Shown here piece after piece: positions 8,847-17,890 of a stretch of DNA of 64,000 nt (position 1 is the first letter of the stretch; every line of letters starts with the position of its first letter). The notes beneath the pieces were generated by a model. It was given only the letters and a program-made list of their open reading frames with translations, did not search any database and was not told the origin of the DNA. Position numbers and translations under genes: made by a program. This DNA comes from an uncultured Hyphomicrobiales bacterium (GTDB lineage Bacteria > Pseudomonadota > Alphaproteobacteria > Rhodospirillales > CAYFNC01), in assembly GCA_964344345.1 (NCBI GenBank), contig CAYFNC010000011.1, forward strand, positions 18,325 to 82,324. Reading direction: 5' to 3'.

Positions 8847-9323
8847 ATGGCCAAGACCCCCGATCCCTTCTTCAACTTCGACGTCACCAAGATGATGGGT
8901 GAGTTCGACCCGACCAAGATGGCCGACGAATTCGCCAAGATGGCCGCGAAGTACAAGCTGCCCGGCGTCGACATGAACGCCGTCGTCGAGAGCCAGCGCA
9001 AGAACCTCGAAGCCCTGACCAACGCGAACCGCGTCGCTATCGAAGGCGTGCAGGCCGTCGCGAAGCGCCAGGCCGAGATCCTGCAGGAGACCATGGACGA
9101 GGCTTCCGCCGCCATGGACAAGCTGACCAAGGCCGGCAGCCCGCAAGACGCCGCCGCCAACCAGGCCGAGTTCGCCAAGAGCGCCTTCGAGAAGGCCCTG
9201 GGCAACATGCGCGAACTGGCCGAGCTGGTCGCCAAGTCGAACACCGAAGCGACCCAGACCATCAATTCCCGCATCTCCGAGACTCTCGACGAGATCAAAG
9301 AGCTTGCGATGAAGATGAAGTAA
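8847..9323 (+). CDS. phaP: phasin (PHA granule-associated protein)
   Basis: A 158-aa Ala/Glu/Lys-rich helical protein. FDVTKMMGEFDP...QRKNLEALTNANRVAIEGVQAVAKRQAEIL is typical of alphaproteobacterial phasins (Phasin_2). phaC lies in the same window. Confidence 0.8.
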   Translation: MAKTPDPFFNFDVTKMMGEFDPTKMADEFAKMAAKYKLPGVDMNAVVESQRKNLEALTNANRVAIEGVQAVAKRQAEILQETMDEASAAMDKLTKAGSPQDAAANQAEFAKSAFEKALGNMRELAELVAKSNTEATQTINSRISETLDEIKELAMKMK

Positions 9324-9354
9324 GAAACTTCATCATCCTCGATCTGACCGACGA

Positions 9355-9388
9355 GGGCCGTCTCGAATGCGAGGCGGCCCTTGTTTTT
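9355..9388 (+). terminator. Rho-independent terminator after the phasin gene
   Basis: GGGCCG-T-CTCG-AATG-CGAG-G-CGGCCC hairpin followed by TTGTTTTT. Confidence 0.8.
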
Positions 9389-9461
9389 CCAAGATGATGA
9401 ACGCCGCGCGGCGTGGTACAGTCGTCAGGCGCGCAAGACGAAACCGTTCGAGGACGAAGCC

Positions 9462-9677
9462 ATGCATGTGCAAAGGGACTTTCGCGACCCCCGTCTCGTG
9501 CGCCTGTTGGAAACCGTTCCCGAGGACGAACTCGCCCTCATGCTCGCCGACCCGGACGACCCGGTGCTGGAGGCCTGCATCGCCCGCTCCGTCGAGGAGG
9601 CGAGGAAAGCCTTCGACCCCGAGGACGGGATGAGCGCCGGGGCGTTCCTCGCCGCCTGCGAGCGCGGGGAGATTTGA
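9462..9677 (+). CDS. putative antitoxin (family not recognised) of the RelE/ParE pair
   Basis: A 71-aa acidic ORF ends 10 nt before the toxin ATG. The start is uncertain (ATG 9462 versus 9381). Confidence 0.45.
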   Translation: MHVQRDFRDPRLVRLLETVPEDELALMLADPDDPVLEACIARSVEEARKAFDPEDGMSAGAFLAACERGEI

Positions 9678-9687
9678 GCCGCGCCGC

Positions 9688-9969
9688 ATGTGGGAGCTTC
9701 ACCTCACCCGCGTATTCCAGAAATCCTTCCGCCGCCTTCCCTCCCACGCCCAGGAAGCCATCCTCGCGTTTCTCGCCGAACACGAGGTCGGTTTGGCCTC
9801 GCCTTCCGAAATCGCGCGGCTGAAAAAGCTCAAGGGCCATAAGGACGCATATCGGCTGCGCTTTGGCGCGGTGCGCGTCGGCGTGTTCCTGGATGAGAAA
9901 CGGAAACTGGTAGTGATGGATTTCGCCGGTTCACGGGGTGATTTCTATAAGCATTTTCCACCGCGCTGA
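9688..9969 (+). CDS. type II toxin, RelE/ParE superfamily
   Basis: 93 aa with F.KSFRRLP......I...L......P......KKLKG....YRLRFG..RV...LDE....VVMDF..R...Y, the RelE/ParE pattern. Confidence 0.7.
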   Translation: MWELHLTRVFQKSFRRLPSHAQEAILAFLAEHEVGLASPSEIARLKKLKGHKDAYRLRFGAVRVGVFLDEKRKLVVMDFAGSRGDFYKHFPPR

Positions 9970-10020
9970 TTGGCGCGGGAATCTCTCCGCAATCCCCCCT
10001 GTTTCACGTACAATGACCCC

Positions 10021-10782
10021 ATGTGGATGGACGCCGTGGACCTTAGGGATTTTTACGCCACGTCGCTTGGCCGGGCGGCCAGGCGGCTGGTGCGCCATCG
10101 GCTCCGCCAGGTCTGGCCCGACGTCAAGGGGGGGAGCATTCTGGGCGTGGGATACGCCACCCCGTTCCTGTCCCCGTTCCTGACCGAAGCCGATCGGGTC
10201 CTGGCCGCCATGCCCGCGCGCCAGGGCGTCCTGCACTGGCCCGCCGAATCCCCTGGCCTGACCACGCTCTGCGAGGAGAACGAACTGCCGTTCCCCGATC
10301 TCTCCATGGACTTCGCGGTCCTGGTCCACACCTTGGAATTCGCCGAGAACGTCCAGCCCCTGATGCGCGAAATCTGGCGGGTGCTGTCCGACGCCGGGCG
10401 GCTGGTGGTGATCGCGCCCAACCGCAACGGGCTGTGGTCCCGGTTCGAGCGCACGCCCTTCGGCCACGGGCGGCCCTATTCGCAGGGGCAGTTGTCCCGG
10501 CTTTTGCGCGACACGCTCTTCACCCCGATCGAATCCCACGCGGCGCTGTTCGTGCCGCCGATCCAGTCGCGCATGTTGCTGTCGTCCGCGCCGGCGTGGG
10601 AGGAGCTGGGCTCGCGCTGGTTCACGTCGTTTTCCGGCGTGGTGATGACCGAAGCCGCCAAGCAGCTCTACGCCGGCCAGCCCCAGGCCCAGGAATACCC
10701 CCGCCGCGCCTATTTGCCCATTCCCCAGCGCAAGCGCAAGGTCTTCCCCGGCCGCGCCACCTCCACCCGAGGCGCGGAATGA
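10021..10782 (+). CDS. class I SAM-dependent methyltransferase-like protein (conserved alphaproteobacterial)
   Basis: ILGVGYATPFL (motif I-like)...MDFAVLVHTLEFAENVQPLMREIWRVLSDAGRLVVIAPNR resembles the Methyltransf_11 pattern. The start is uncertain (ATG 10021 or TTG 9970). Confidence 0.6.
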   Translation: MWMDAVDLRDFYATSLGRAARRLVRHRLRQVWPDVKGGSILGVGYATPFLSPFLTEADRVLAAMPARQGVLHWPAESPGLTTLCEENELPFPDLSMDFAVLVHTLEFAENVQPLMREIWRVLSDAGRLVVIAPNRNGLWSRFERTPFGHGRPYSQGQLSRLLRDTLFTPIESHAALFVPPIQSRMLLSSAPAWEELGSRWFTSFSGVVMTEAAKQLYAGQPQAQEYPRRAYLPIPQRKRKVFPGRATSTRGAE

Positions 10783-10985
10783 GTTCGGGCTGGGGCTGCC
10801 CCCACGAACAAGACGGCAAGTGCGCGCAGGTCAAGGGGCGCGAATGCGACCCCGGCATGAAGGGATGCGTGCTGAGCGGCCGATTCACCTTCGCCAACGC
10901 CCCGGAAAAGAACCAGGCCGCCGAAATCCGCGCCAGGGCCGAGCAACGGCGCGAGAAGTCCAGGCGTTCGGGAAACGGGTCGTAG
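10779..10985 (+). CDS. small Cys-rich protein (68 aa), translationally coupled to the methyltransferase
   Basis: ATGA start/stop overlap at 10779-10782. Four Cys lie at regular spacing (C7, C15, C23, C30), followed by a basic tail. Confidence 0.5.
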   Translation: MSSGWGCPHEQDGKCAQVKGRECDPGMKGCVLSGRFTFANAPEKNQAAEIRARAEQRREKSRRSGNGS

Positions 10986-10988
10986 AGG

Positions 10989-11630
10989 CTATTCCCCCGG
11001 CAGCGCCACTCCGGTCCCGCCGAGCCCGCAGTATCCGTTGGGGTTCTTGGCCAGGTATTGCTGGTGGTAGTCCTCGGCGTAATAGAATTCCGGCGCGTCG
11101 AGGATTTCTGTGGTTATTGCCTTGTAGCCCGACACCTTCAACGCCTCCTGGAACCAATCGCGGGAGTCCTCGGCCTCTTTCCTTTGCTCTTCCGAATAGA
11201 CGTAGACGCCCGACCGGTACTGGGTCCCGACGTCGTTGCCCTGACGCATGCCCTGGGTCGGGTCGTGCTCCTCCCAGAACGCCTTGAGCAGGTCGCGGTA
11301 GGAAATCGCGGCGGGGTCGAAGACGACCCGGACCACCTCGTTGTGGCCGGTCATGCCGGTGCAGAGCTCCTGATAGGTGGGATTGGGCGTGTGGCCCGCG
11401 GCGTAGCCGACGGCGGTGGAGAACACGCCCGCCAGCGGCCAGAACCGCTTCTCCGCCCCCCAAAAGCACCCCATGCCGAACAGCGCCAGCTCCATGCCGT
11501 CCGGGAACGGCGGCAGGATCGGGTTGCCGTTGACGAAGTGCCGGTTGGCCACAGCCATGGCCTCGGCTCGGCCCGAAAGGGCCTCGGACGGGCTCGGCAT
11601 GGTGACTTTCTTGGGGTGTATGGCCCACAT
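10989..11630 (-). CDS. msrA: peptide-methionine (S)-S-oxide reductase
   Basis: [36 protein letters not shown] and [12 protein letters not shown] are near-identical to E. coli MsrA motifs. Confidence 0.92.
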   Translation of the reverse strand: MWAIHPKKVTMPSPSEALSGRAEAMAVANRHFVNGNPILPPFPDGMELALFGMGCFWGAEKRFWPLAGVFSTAVGYAAGHTPNPTYQELCTGMTGHNEVVRVVFDPAAISYRDLLKAFWEEHDPTQGMRQGNDVGTQYRSGVYVYSEEQRKEAEDSRDWFQEALKVSGYKAITTEILDAPEFYYAEDYHQQYLAKNPNGYCGLGGTGVALPGE

Positions 11631-11719
11631 GGCGCGACTCCCTTTTTGCCGCCGGCGCGTCTTTGGTCTAGCATGTCGGCGACGCGAACCGGGAGGGCGG
11701 CAGTATACCGCACATCGCC

Positions 11720-12487
11720 ATGGACTTCGAAAAAATCGCCATCGTCGCCGCCCGCCAGCCCCAGGCGCTCGGCGCCGGAGATCGGCTGAAGGAGCGCTAT
11801 GCCCACGTGGAGCCGGACGACGCCGACGTCATCGTGGCGCTGGGCGGCGACGGGTTCATGCTGCGCGCCCTGCACCGGTTCATGCACCGGCCCATTCCCA
11901 TCTACGGCATGAACCGGGGCTCGGTCGGGTTTTTGATGAACAACTTCGACGAGGACGGCCTGATCGAGCGCCTCGCCCGGTCCAAGCCCATCGTGCTGCA
12001 CCCCCTGAAGATGACCGCCATCGACACCCACGGGGCCGAGCACGAGGCCCGCGCCATCAACGAGGTCTCGCTGCTGCGCGAAACCCGGCTCGCCGCCAAG
12101 ATCCGAATTTCCGTGGACGACATCGTCCGGCTGGACGAGCTGATCTGCGACGGAGTTCTGGTGGCGACGCCCGCGGGCAGCACGGCTTACAACCTCTCGG
12201 CCCAGGGCGCCATCGTTCCATTGGGGGCCGAGCTTCTGGCGCTCACCCCCATCAGCGCGTTCCGTCCCCGGCGTTGGCGAGGCGCGTTGCTGCCCAGGGG
12301 GGCCACCGTCACCTTCGACATCATCGACGCCACCATGCGGCTTGTCAGCGCGGTCGCCGACTACACCGAAATCCGCGAGGCCAACCGGGTGATCGTGCGC
12401 GAGGACGCCTCGTTCAGCCCCACGCTCCTGTTCGATCCCGAGCACAATCTGGATGAACGCATCCTGCGCGAACAGTTCATGCCGTAA
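11720..12487 (+). CDS. nadK: NAD kinase
   Basis: [13 protein letters not shown] (GGDG motif), NEV.L.R and [19 protein letters not shown] are NAD-kinase signatures. Confidence 0.9.
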   Translation: MDFEKIAIVAARQPQALGAGDRLKERYAHVEPDDADVIVALGGDGFMLRALHRFMHRPIPIYGMNRGSVGFLMNNFDEDGLIERLARSKPIVLHPLKMTAIDTHGAEHEARAINEVSLLRETRLAAKIRISVDDIVRLDELICDGVLVATPAGSTAYNLSAQGAIVPLGAELLALTPISAFRPRRWRGALLPRGATVTFDIIDATMRLVSAVADYTEIREANRVIVREDASFSPTLLFDPEHNLDERILREQFMP

Positions 12488-12490
12488 GGT

Positions 12491-12919
12491 TCAGCGCCCC
12501 TCGCCCGCCATACGCGATTGAAGCTGGCCAGCCAGCAGCCGGGCGCTTTCCAACTCGGGGTCGAGGACGAGGGCCTGGTCGAGGGCGGCCTTGGCGGGGC
12601 CGAGGGCGCCGACGTGCATGTAGGCCATGCCGAGGACGGCGAAGACCTTGGCGTCGGTTGGGTCCAGGCCGATGGCGGTCTGGAAGTTCTCGATCGCCTG
12701 GTCGTAGCGCTGGCGCGCGAGCGCGAGGCCGCCGAGCTTCAGAAACGGCTTGGGGGATTCGGGCGCCAGTTCGGCCGCGCGCCCGTAAGCCTTCTCCGCC
12801 TGGTCCAGGCTCCCCTCGGCCCAAAGCGCGTCGCCCTTCGCCAGCAGGGATGGCGCATCGGCGGCCGCGGCCGGGGCGGCGAACACCGCGAGAAAGAAGA
12901 AAAGAAACAGTCCGCGCAT
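12491..12919 (-). CDS. periplasmic TPR-repeat protein
   Basis: Signal peptide MRGLFLFFFLAVFAAPAAA followed by about 3 TPR-like units (A...Y..A......P.....LG). Lies immediately downstream of the octahaem cytochrome gene. Confidence 0.65.
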   Translation of the reverse strand: MRGLFLFFFLAVFAAPAAAADAPSLLAKGDALWAEGSLDQAEKAYGRAAELAPESPKPFLKLGGLALARQRYDQAIENFQTAIGLDPTDAKVFAVLGMAYMHVGALGPAKAALDQALVLDPELESARLLAGQLQSRMAGEGR

Positions 12920-12952
12920 GGATCGCTCCGGATAATCGCCTCGGGAATCGGA

Positions 12953-12980
12953 AGCGCCCCCCGCGTTGGCGGGAGGCGCT
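12953..12980 (-). other. 12-bp GC-rich intercistronic hairpin between the octahaem cytochrome and TPR genes
   Basis: Plus strand reads AGCGCCCCCCGC-GTTG-GCGGGAGGCGCT. No clear U-tract follows on the minus strand, so I do not call it a terminator. Confidence 0.5.
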
Positions 12981-13000
12981 CGCCTAGTCTTGATGAAAGC

Positions 13001-14506
13001 CTACTTCAAGGAGCCCTTGCCGTAGCGCTCCTCATAGCCCTTGCGGACCTTGTCGATGGCTTCCTTGCTCATGCCCTCGAAGAACCAGGTGTGGCCGGGG
13101 ATGAGCCGGAAGTGCTTGTCCAGCAGTTCGCCCGCCATCTTGTCGCCCACCTTCTTCTTCAGCTCGGGAATGAACTTGAAGTAGGTGTGCTTGGCCACGT
13201 CGTAGATGCCGTGCCACCACGTGTAGTCCGGACCGTTCATGGACGCGCCGTGGCGCGCGCGGCGGCCTTCGTGGTGCCAGATTTCCCACCAGACCCATTC
13301 GAGCTTCTCGTCGAACGGCGCCTTGGAGAGCTTTCCGGCCTTCTTCAGGTCGCTCATGATCGCGGCTATGGGCTTGGCGAACTTCTCGTTATAAAGATCG
13401 ACCAAGTCGTCGAGCTGCTTGTAATGGCCGTCCACGAAGCTGGAGGTGTGGCAGGCGTAGCAGATGTCCTGCATCTTGTCGCGTCGATCCTTCCAGGTCA
13501 GAATCTCGACCACCGTGCCGCCATGGGCCTTGGGATGGTCGGGCTTGTCGCCCTTCTTGGGCAGCGGCTTGCCTTCCGGCACGTCGTACTGATGGCCGTT
13601 GTCGAGCCGGACCAGGTTGATCTTCTTCGAGATCGGGGAGCGCAGGTTCCAGGAAATCCGCTCGCCGACGTCGTGGGTTTTTCCCTCGTCGGGCGAGGCG
13701 CTCATGTGGCAGGTGGCGCAGGTGGGCGCGGCCACGTAGTCGATGCCCGCGACCCACTTGTCCTTGTCCATGTTCATCTGGTCCACGCTGGCGCGGTAGA
13801 TGATGCCGTGCTTGGATTCGTTGTAGACCTCGATCTGCGGATGGTCGGGGCCGATGTGGCACTTGCCGCAGGTGTCCGGCGTCCTGGCCTGGGCGCGCGA
13901 GAAGCCGTGGCGGCCGTGGCAGGCCGAGCACGTGCCCTTGGACCCGTCCGGATTGATGCGGCCGATGCCGGTGTTGGGCCAGGTCTGGGGCGTGGGATGG
14001 CCCTTGCGCTTGCCGTCCTTGAAGACCTCGATCACCGAGCCGTGGCACTGGCGGCAACCGGCGTTCACCGCCGCCGGTCCCCCGACCACCTCGCCCAGGA
14101 GATTGTCAAGCGAAGCCAGGATCTCGCCGCCGCTGGCGTGGTGGGAGCGCTGGTGCTCCTTCACCTCGGTCGTATGGCACTGGCCGCAGTCCTTGGGACT
14201 CACGATTTCGGTGATCAGGGATTCCTTGTGCATGTAGGAATCCGGATCGCCCTTCTCGGCCCCGTGGCAGTCGAGGCAGGTGATGCCGTTCTGCCCATGC
14301 TGGGAGTTGTTCCATTGCCAGAACAGGCCGGGGCTTTCGGTGCGGTGGCAGTTCTCGCACCGCTCGCCCTGTTCGCCCCATTCCTTGCCGAGTTTGTTGC
14401 CCGGCCTCTCGGCCGAGGCCGCCGTCGCGACCAGAAGCGCGATGGCCATGGCGGCGAGCGCGCGAATGCTCAACAAATTCGATAACTTCGATCGCCAGCG
14501 CATCAT
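13001..14506 (-). CDS. octahaem c-type cytochrome of the hydroxylamine oxidoreductase (HAO) family
   Basis: Eight CXXCH motifs (CENCH, CLDCH, CGQCH, CRQCH, CSACH, CGKCH, CATCH, CYACH), a signal peptide (MMRWRSKLSNLLSIRALAAMAIALLVATAASA) and about 500 aa. The C-terminal helical region after haem 8 (WWEIWHHEGRRARHGASMNGPDYTWWHG) is HAO-like. Confidence 0.75.
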   Translation of the reverse strand: MMRWRSKLSNLLSIRALAAMAIALLVATAASAERPGNKLGKEWGEQGERCENCHRTESPGLFWQWNNSQHGQNGITCLDCHGAEKGDPDSYMHKESLITEIVSPKDCGQCHTTEVKEHQRSHHASGGEILASLDNLLGEVVGGPAAVNAGCRQCHGSVIEVFKDGKRKGHPTPQTWPNTGIGRINPDGSKGTCSACHGRHGFSRAQARTPDTCGKCHIGPDHPQIEVYNESKHGIIYRASVDQMNMDKDKWVAGIDYVAAPTCATCHMSASPDEGKTHDVGERISWNLRSPISKKINLVRLDNGHQYDVPEGKPLPKKGDKPDHPKAHGGTVVEILTWKDRRDKMQDICYACHTSSFVDGHYKQLDDLVDLYNEKFAKPIAAIMSDLKKAGKLSKAPFDEKLEWVWWEIWHHEGRRARHGASMNGPDYTWWHGIYDVAKHTYFKFIPELKKKVGDKMAGELLDKHFRLIPGHTWFFEGMSKEAIDKVRKGYEERYGKGSLK

Positions 14507-14685
14507 TGAACTCCCCCATTTCCCTGTTCGATTGACGACGCCTCGATGGGCGTGCTCCAAGGGTTGTCGCAAAACCCAGGGGTGATTTACTTTTGACTAA
14601 TTAGAGGCGATTCGGGGGCGTTCCGCAAGCTTCAAAAACATGACGAACCAAAGCATCGCCATATTAAAGCGCCGGATAGGAGCCG

Positions 14686-16848
14686 TTATTTTTCGCTCAT
14701 CACGATGACCACGCCCCGGCGTCCCCCCTCCAGACGGCGCAGGTGAAGCTTGATCAGGGGGTCGTCCGGATAGTGTTGATGCAGGGTCTGGAACATGCCG
14801 AGCGCCATGGGGTCCTCGTTCTCCATGGCGCGGAAGGCCTGGATGTAGGATTGGACGCGCTCGGACGCCACCTCGTCCGGCGGCATGGGCTCGAAAGTGG
14901 GCAGGTCTTCGGACTTGCCCTTGAGGACAAGGCTTCCCACCGGGCGGCCCGAGAATTCCGCGCAGCGATCCACGGTGTGGCCGCTGATGCACATGCGGGT
15001 TCCAAGATGCTTGTTCACGCTTTCGAGGCGCGCGGCCGTGTTGATGGCGTCGCCGTGGGCGCAGTAGTTGAAGATCACGTTGCCCCCCATGTTGCCGATG
15101 ATCACGGGGCCCGTGTGCACGCCGATGCGGGTCTTGCCGAGCGGAATGCCCTCGGCGACCTTCTTTTTTTGGAAGGCGTTGGCGAAGTCGTCCATTTCCA
15201 GGGCGCAGGCCATGGCGCGCTCGGCGTGGTCGGCCTGCTCGATCGGGGCGTTGAAGAAGAACGTGGTCGCGTCGCCGATGATGGCGTCCAGGGTGCCTCC
15301 GTGCTTGAAGCCGATGGCGATGATCTCGTTCAGGTACTCGTTCAGCATGGGGATCAGGTCGTCGGGCGTGAACTGCTCCACCAGCGGCGTGAAGTCCGCG
15401 AGGTCGGAGAAGATGAACGACAGCTCCTTGCGCTCGCCGCCGAGCTTCAGATGGTCGGGGTTCTCGATCAGGGCCTGGACCAGGTTGGGCGAGACGTAGC
15501 TGGCGAAGGCCTTGCGGATGTAGCCTCGCTCCCGTTCGGCCTGCACGTGGCGAAGCAGCGAGCCCGTGGTGTAAACCACCACGGCCGTCAAAGACGGGAA
15601 CAGGGGATCGAGTAAAATCCCCTCGGACGCGAAGGCCCACATGGACGTCCCGACCGCGCCCGCGACCGCCGCGCCGCCCACCAGCGCCGTCGGCAGCGCG
15701 CCGAAGCGCCGCCCCAGGACGATGATCACGATGGCGAGCAGGGTCTGCAAAACGATCTCGGCGCCAATGGCCCAATCGGGTCGGGTGAGGAACTGGCCGG
15801 ACAGGACCTGTTCGAGCACCTGGGCTTGTATCTCCACGCCCGGCAGCGCCTCGCGCAGCGGATTGAGCCGCAGGTCGTGCAGGCCCACCGCCGACGTCCC
15901 GACGAGCACGATGGCGCCGCCCAGCTTTTCGGGCGAAATCTCGTTGTCGATCAGCTTCCAGATCGGAATGTAGCGGTTTTTGTTGTGGTAGGAGTGGTGG
16001 ATCCACACCCGCCCCTCGGCGTCGGTGGGCACGGGAAGCTGGCCGATCTTGATGTGGGTGATGCCGGTCGCGGCGCCGTAGCCGCCCTCGCCGCTGGCGC
16101 CGACGGACTTGACGATGAAGGTTTTGGCTCCCTGCGCGACGCGGAGCGTCTCGGCGGACAGCGACGGAAAGATCTGGCCTCGGGACGCGAGCAGAAGGGG
16201 AACTTGGCGCACCACCCCGTCCACGGTGGGCACGAAGTTGATGGCGCCGAGGCCCGCGGCCCCCTCGATGATCTTGGGAAGCGGGCTGAGCGCGTTGTCG
16301 AAGGTCAGAAGGTAGGGCAGCGGATCGCCGCCCGCCGTCGCCACGCCCCATTTGGGCTTGGGCGGGTCGGACGCGCCCTCGGCATCGGTGAGCGCGAAGC
16401 CCGCGACCGCCGGAACCCCTTGAAGCGCGCGGGAGAATTCCTCGTCGTGGTCGGGCAGGGCGTCCAGGAATCGTTCAAGATCGCGGCTTGGCGGCAACTC
16501 GCCCCGCAGCCGCGACGGCGAGGTGCGGTCCTCCTCGGCGAACACGATATCGAAGGTCACCACCGCGACGCCGAGGTCCCCCAGACGCTGGACGATGTCG
16601 GCCATCAAGGTGCGCGGCCACGGCCACTGGCCCAGGCGGCGCAGGCTTTCCTCGTCGATGTCGAGGATCTTGACCGGCATCTCTTGGTATTCGCGGGGCT
16701 TCCAGCGCTGGTAGGCGTCAAACACGGAGTTGCGCAGCGTGCTGACCAACAAGGGGTCCTCGACCCGGGCGACGCCGGCGCCGGCGATCACCAGGACCGG
16801 CAACCACAGCGCCATGGTTCGCCACAGGAGGTCCCGGAGTTTGGTCAT
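14686..16848 (-). CDS. CHASE2-domain membrane adenylate/guanylate cyclase (class III)
   Basis: N-terminal TM and a CHASE2-like periplasmic region, then 3-4 TMs. The cyclase catalytic domain follows (FIFSDLADFT, GGTLDAIIGDA, IGVHTGPVIIGNMG, GDAINTAARLES). Start taken at the ATG at 16848 (MTKLRDLL). Confidence 0.8.
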   Translation of the reverse strand: MTKLRDLLWRTMALWLPVLVIAGAGVARVEDPLLVSTLRNSVFDAYQRWKPREYQEMPVKILDIDEESLRRLGQWPWPRTLMADIVQRLGDLGVAVVTFDIVFAEEDRTSPSRLRGELPPSRDLERFLDALPDHDEEFSRALQGVPAVAGFALTDAEGASDPPKPKWGVATAGGDPLPYLLTFDNALSPLPKIIEGAAGLGAINFVPTVDGVVRQVPLLLASRGQIFPSLSAETLRVAQGAKTFIVKSVGASGEGGYGAATGITHIKIGQLPVPTDAEGRVWIHHSYHNKNRYIPIWKLIDNEISPEKLGGAIVLVGTSAVGLHDLRLNPLREALPGVEIQAQVLEQVLSGQFLTRPDWAIGAEIVLQTLLAIVIIVLGRRFGALPTALVGGAAVAGAVGTSMWAFASEGILLDPLFPSLTAVVVYTTGSLLRHVQAERERGYIRKAFASYVSPNLVQALIENPDHLKLGGERKELSFIFSDLADFTPLVEQFTPDDLIPMLNEYLNEIIAIGFKHGGTLDAIIGDATTFFFNAPIEQADHAERAMACALEMDDFANAFQKKKVAEGIPLGKTRIGVHTGPVIIGNMGGNVIFNYCAHGDAINTAARLESVNKHLGTRMCISGHTVDRCAEFSGRPVGSLVLKGKSEDLPTFEPMPPDEVASERVQSYIQAFRAMENEDPMALGMFQTLHQHYPDDPLIKLHLRRLEGGRRGVVIVMSEK

Positions 16849-16850
16849 GG

Positions 16851-17789
16851 TCAGGCCTCCCGGCCGAGCGCCGCCATCAGTTCGCGCCATTCGCGTTTGC
16901 TCATGCCGCTGGATTTCTGGTCCATGGCCTCGCCGTTCAGCATGGCGCGCACCGCCGCCAACGCCTTGGCGGAAAGATTGAACCCGCCGTGGCGATAGTC
17001 CATGAACGCGGCGTGGGTGATCGGCACCCAACGCTTCAACGTTTCCAACATGGCCTCGGCGTAGACCCGGATTTCGTACTGGGCGTGGCTGTCGGCCCGC
17101 AAGCTGAGGAAGTGCAGCAGGTTATGCAGGTCGATCTTCCAGTACCACTGGGTGTAGGTGTTGAGCGTCAGGTTCATGCGGGCCAGTTCGCGGGCGAGGC
17201 CGGACCGGTCGGGATCAACCGGGTTCCCGTCCGCGTCCTCGTTCAGCATGGATTCGTAATCGGCGAAGCAGCGTTCGGCGTCGTCGCGAAGCATTTGCAG
17301 AACCTCGGCCGCCTCGTCGCCCTCCAAGACCGTACCCCGGCCCTGGCGGTTGGATCGGGACTGGGTTCCCAGCTTGTCGGGCGCGGGGATGTAGTACTCC
17401 CGGTCCAGGATCGAATAGCGCGCCGAGTATTCGTTCACGTTGGCGGTGCGATGCCTGATCCACTGGCGCGCCACGAAGATGGGCAGCTTCACGTGGTACT
17501 TGATCTCGCACATCTCGAAGGGCGTGGTGTGCCGGTGGCGCATCAGGTAGTTGATCAGCCCGGCGTCGTCCTGAAGCTTTTTTGTGCCCTTGCCGTAGGA
17601 CACCCGCGCCGCCTGCACGATGGCCGCGTCGTCGCCCATGTAGTCGATCACCCGGACGAAGCCGTGATCCAGGATCGGAATCGGCTGGTACAGGATGTCT
17701 TCCAGCTCCGGCGCCGTGGCGCGGCGCGTGTCGGACCGCTCCGCGCGCGCGGCCTCGATTTCGGCTTCCTGTTCGGGCGTGAGCTGCAT
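16851..17789 (-). CDS. thyX: FAD-dependent thymidylate synthase
   Basis: ThyX motif [15 protein letters not shown] plus the surrounding conserved blocks. The start is uncertain (17789 preferred, 17843 possible). Confidence 0.85.
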   Translation of the reverse strand: MQLTPEQEAEIEAARAERSDTRRATAPELEDILYQPIPILDHGFVRVIDYMGDDAAIVQAARVSYGKGTKKLQDDAGLINYLMRHRHTTPFEMCEIKYHVKLPIFVARQWIRHRTANVNEYSARYSILDREYYIPAPDKLGTQSRSNRQGRGTVLEGDEAAEVLQMLRDDAERCFADYESMLNEDADGNPVDPDRSGLARELARMNLTLNTYTQWYWKIDLHNLLHFLSLRADSHAQYEIRVYAEAMLETLKRWVPITHAAFMDYRHGGFNLSAKALAAVRAMLNGEAMDQKSSGMSKREWRELMAALGREA

Positions 17790-17890
17790 GCCGTGTTTCC
17801 CCCCCGCGAAACGAATGATCCCGCCCCCCAGAAGTATCGCCATCGGGAGGCGGGATCAATGGCCGCGAGGGGCCGAAGCCGAGAAAAGTT

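Noticed and set aside
12518-14485. 655-aa ORF on the plus strand. There are many similar long ORFs, for example 18537-20927(-), 20336-22636(-), 31226-33511(-), 33892-36003(+), 36000-38399(-), 48909-50996(-), 59689-62079(-), 14597-16351(-), 881-1870(-) and 6474-7913(-).
   Set aside because: All lie antisense to, or out of frame with, genes that have strong family signatures. Their translations are Arg/Ala/Gly/Pro-rich low-complexity strings, typical of shadow ORFs in high-GC DNA.
14573-14685. FNR/Crp-type box upstream of the octahaem cytochrome gene (TGATTTACTTTTGAC).
   Set aside because: It is not a TTGAT-N4-ATCAA palindrome. Only one half-site-like element is present.
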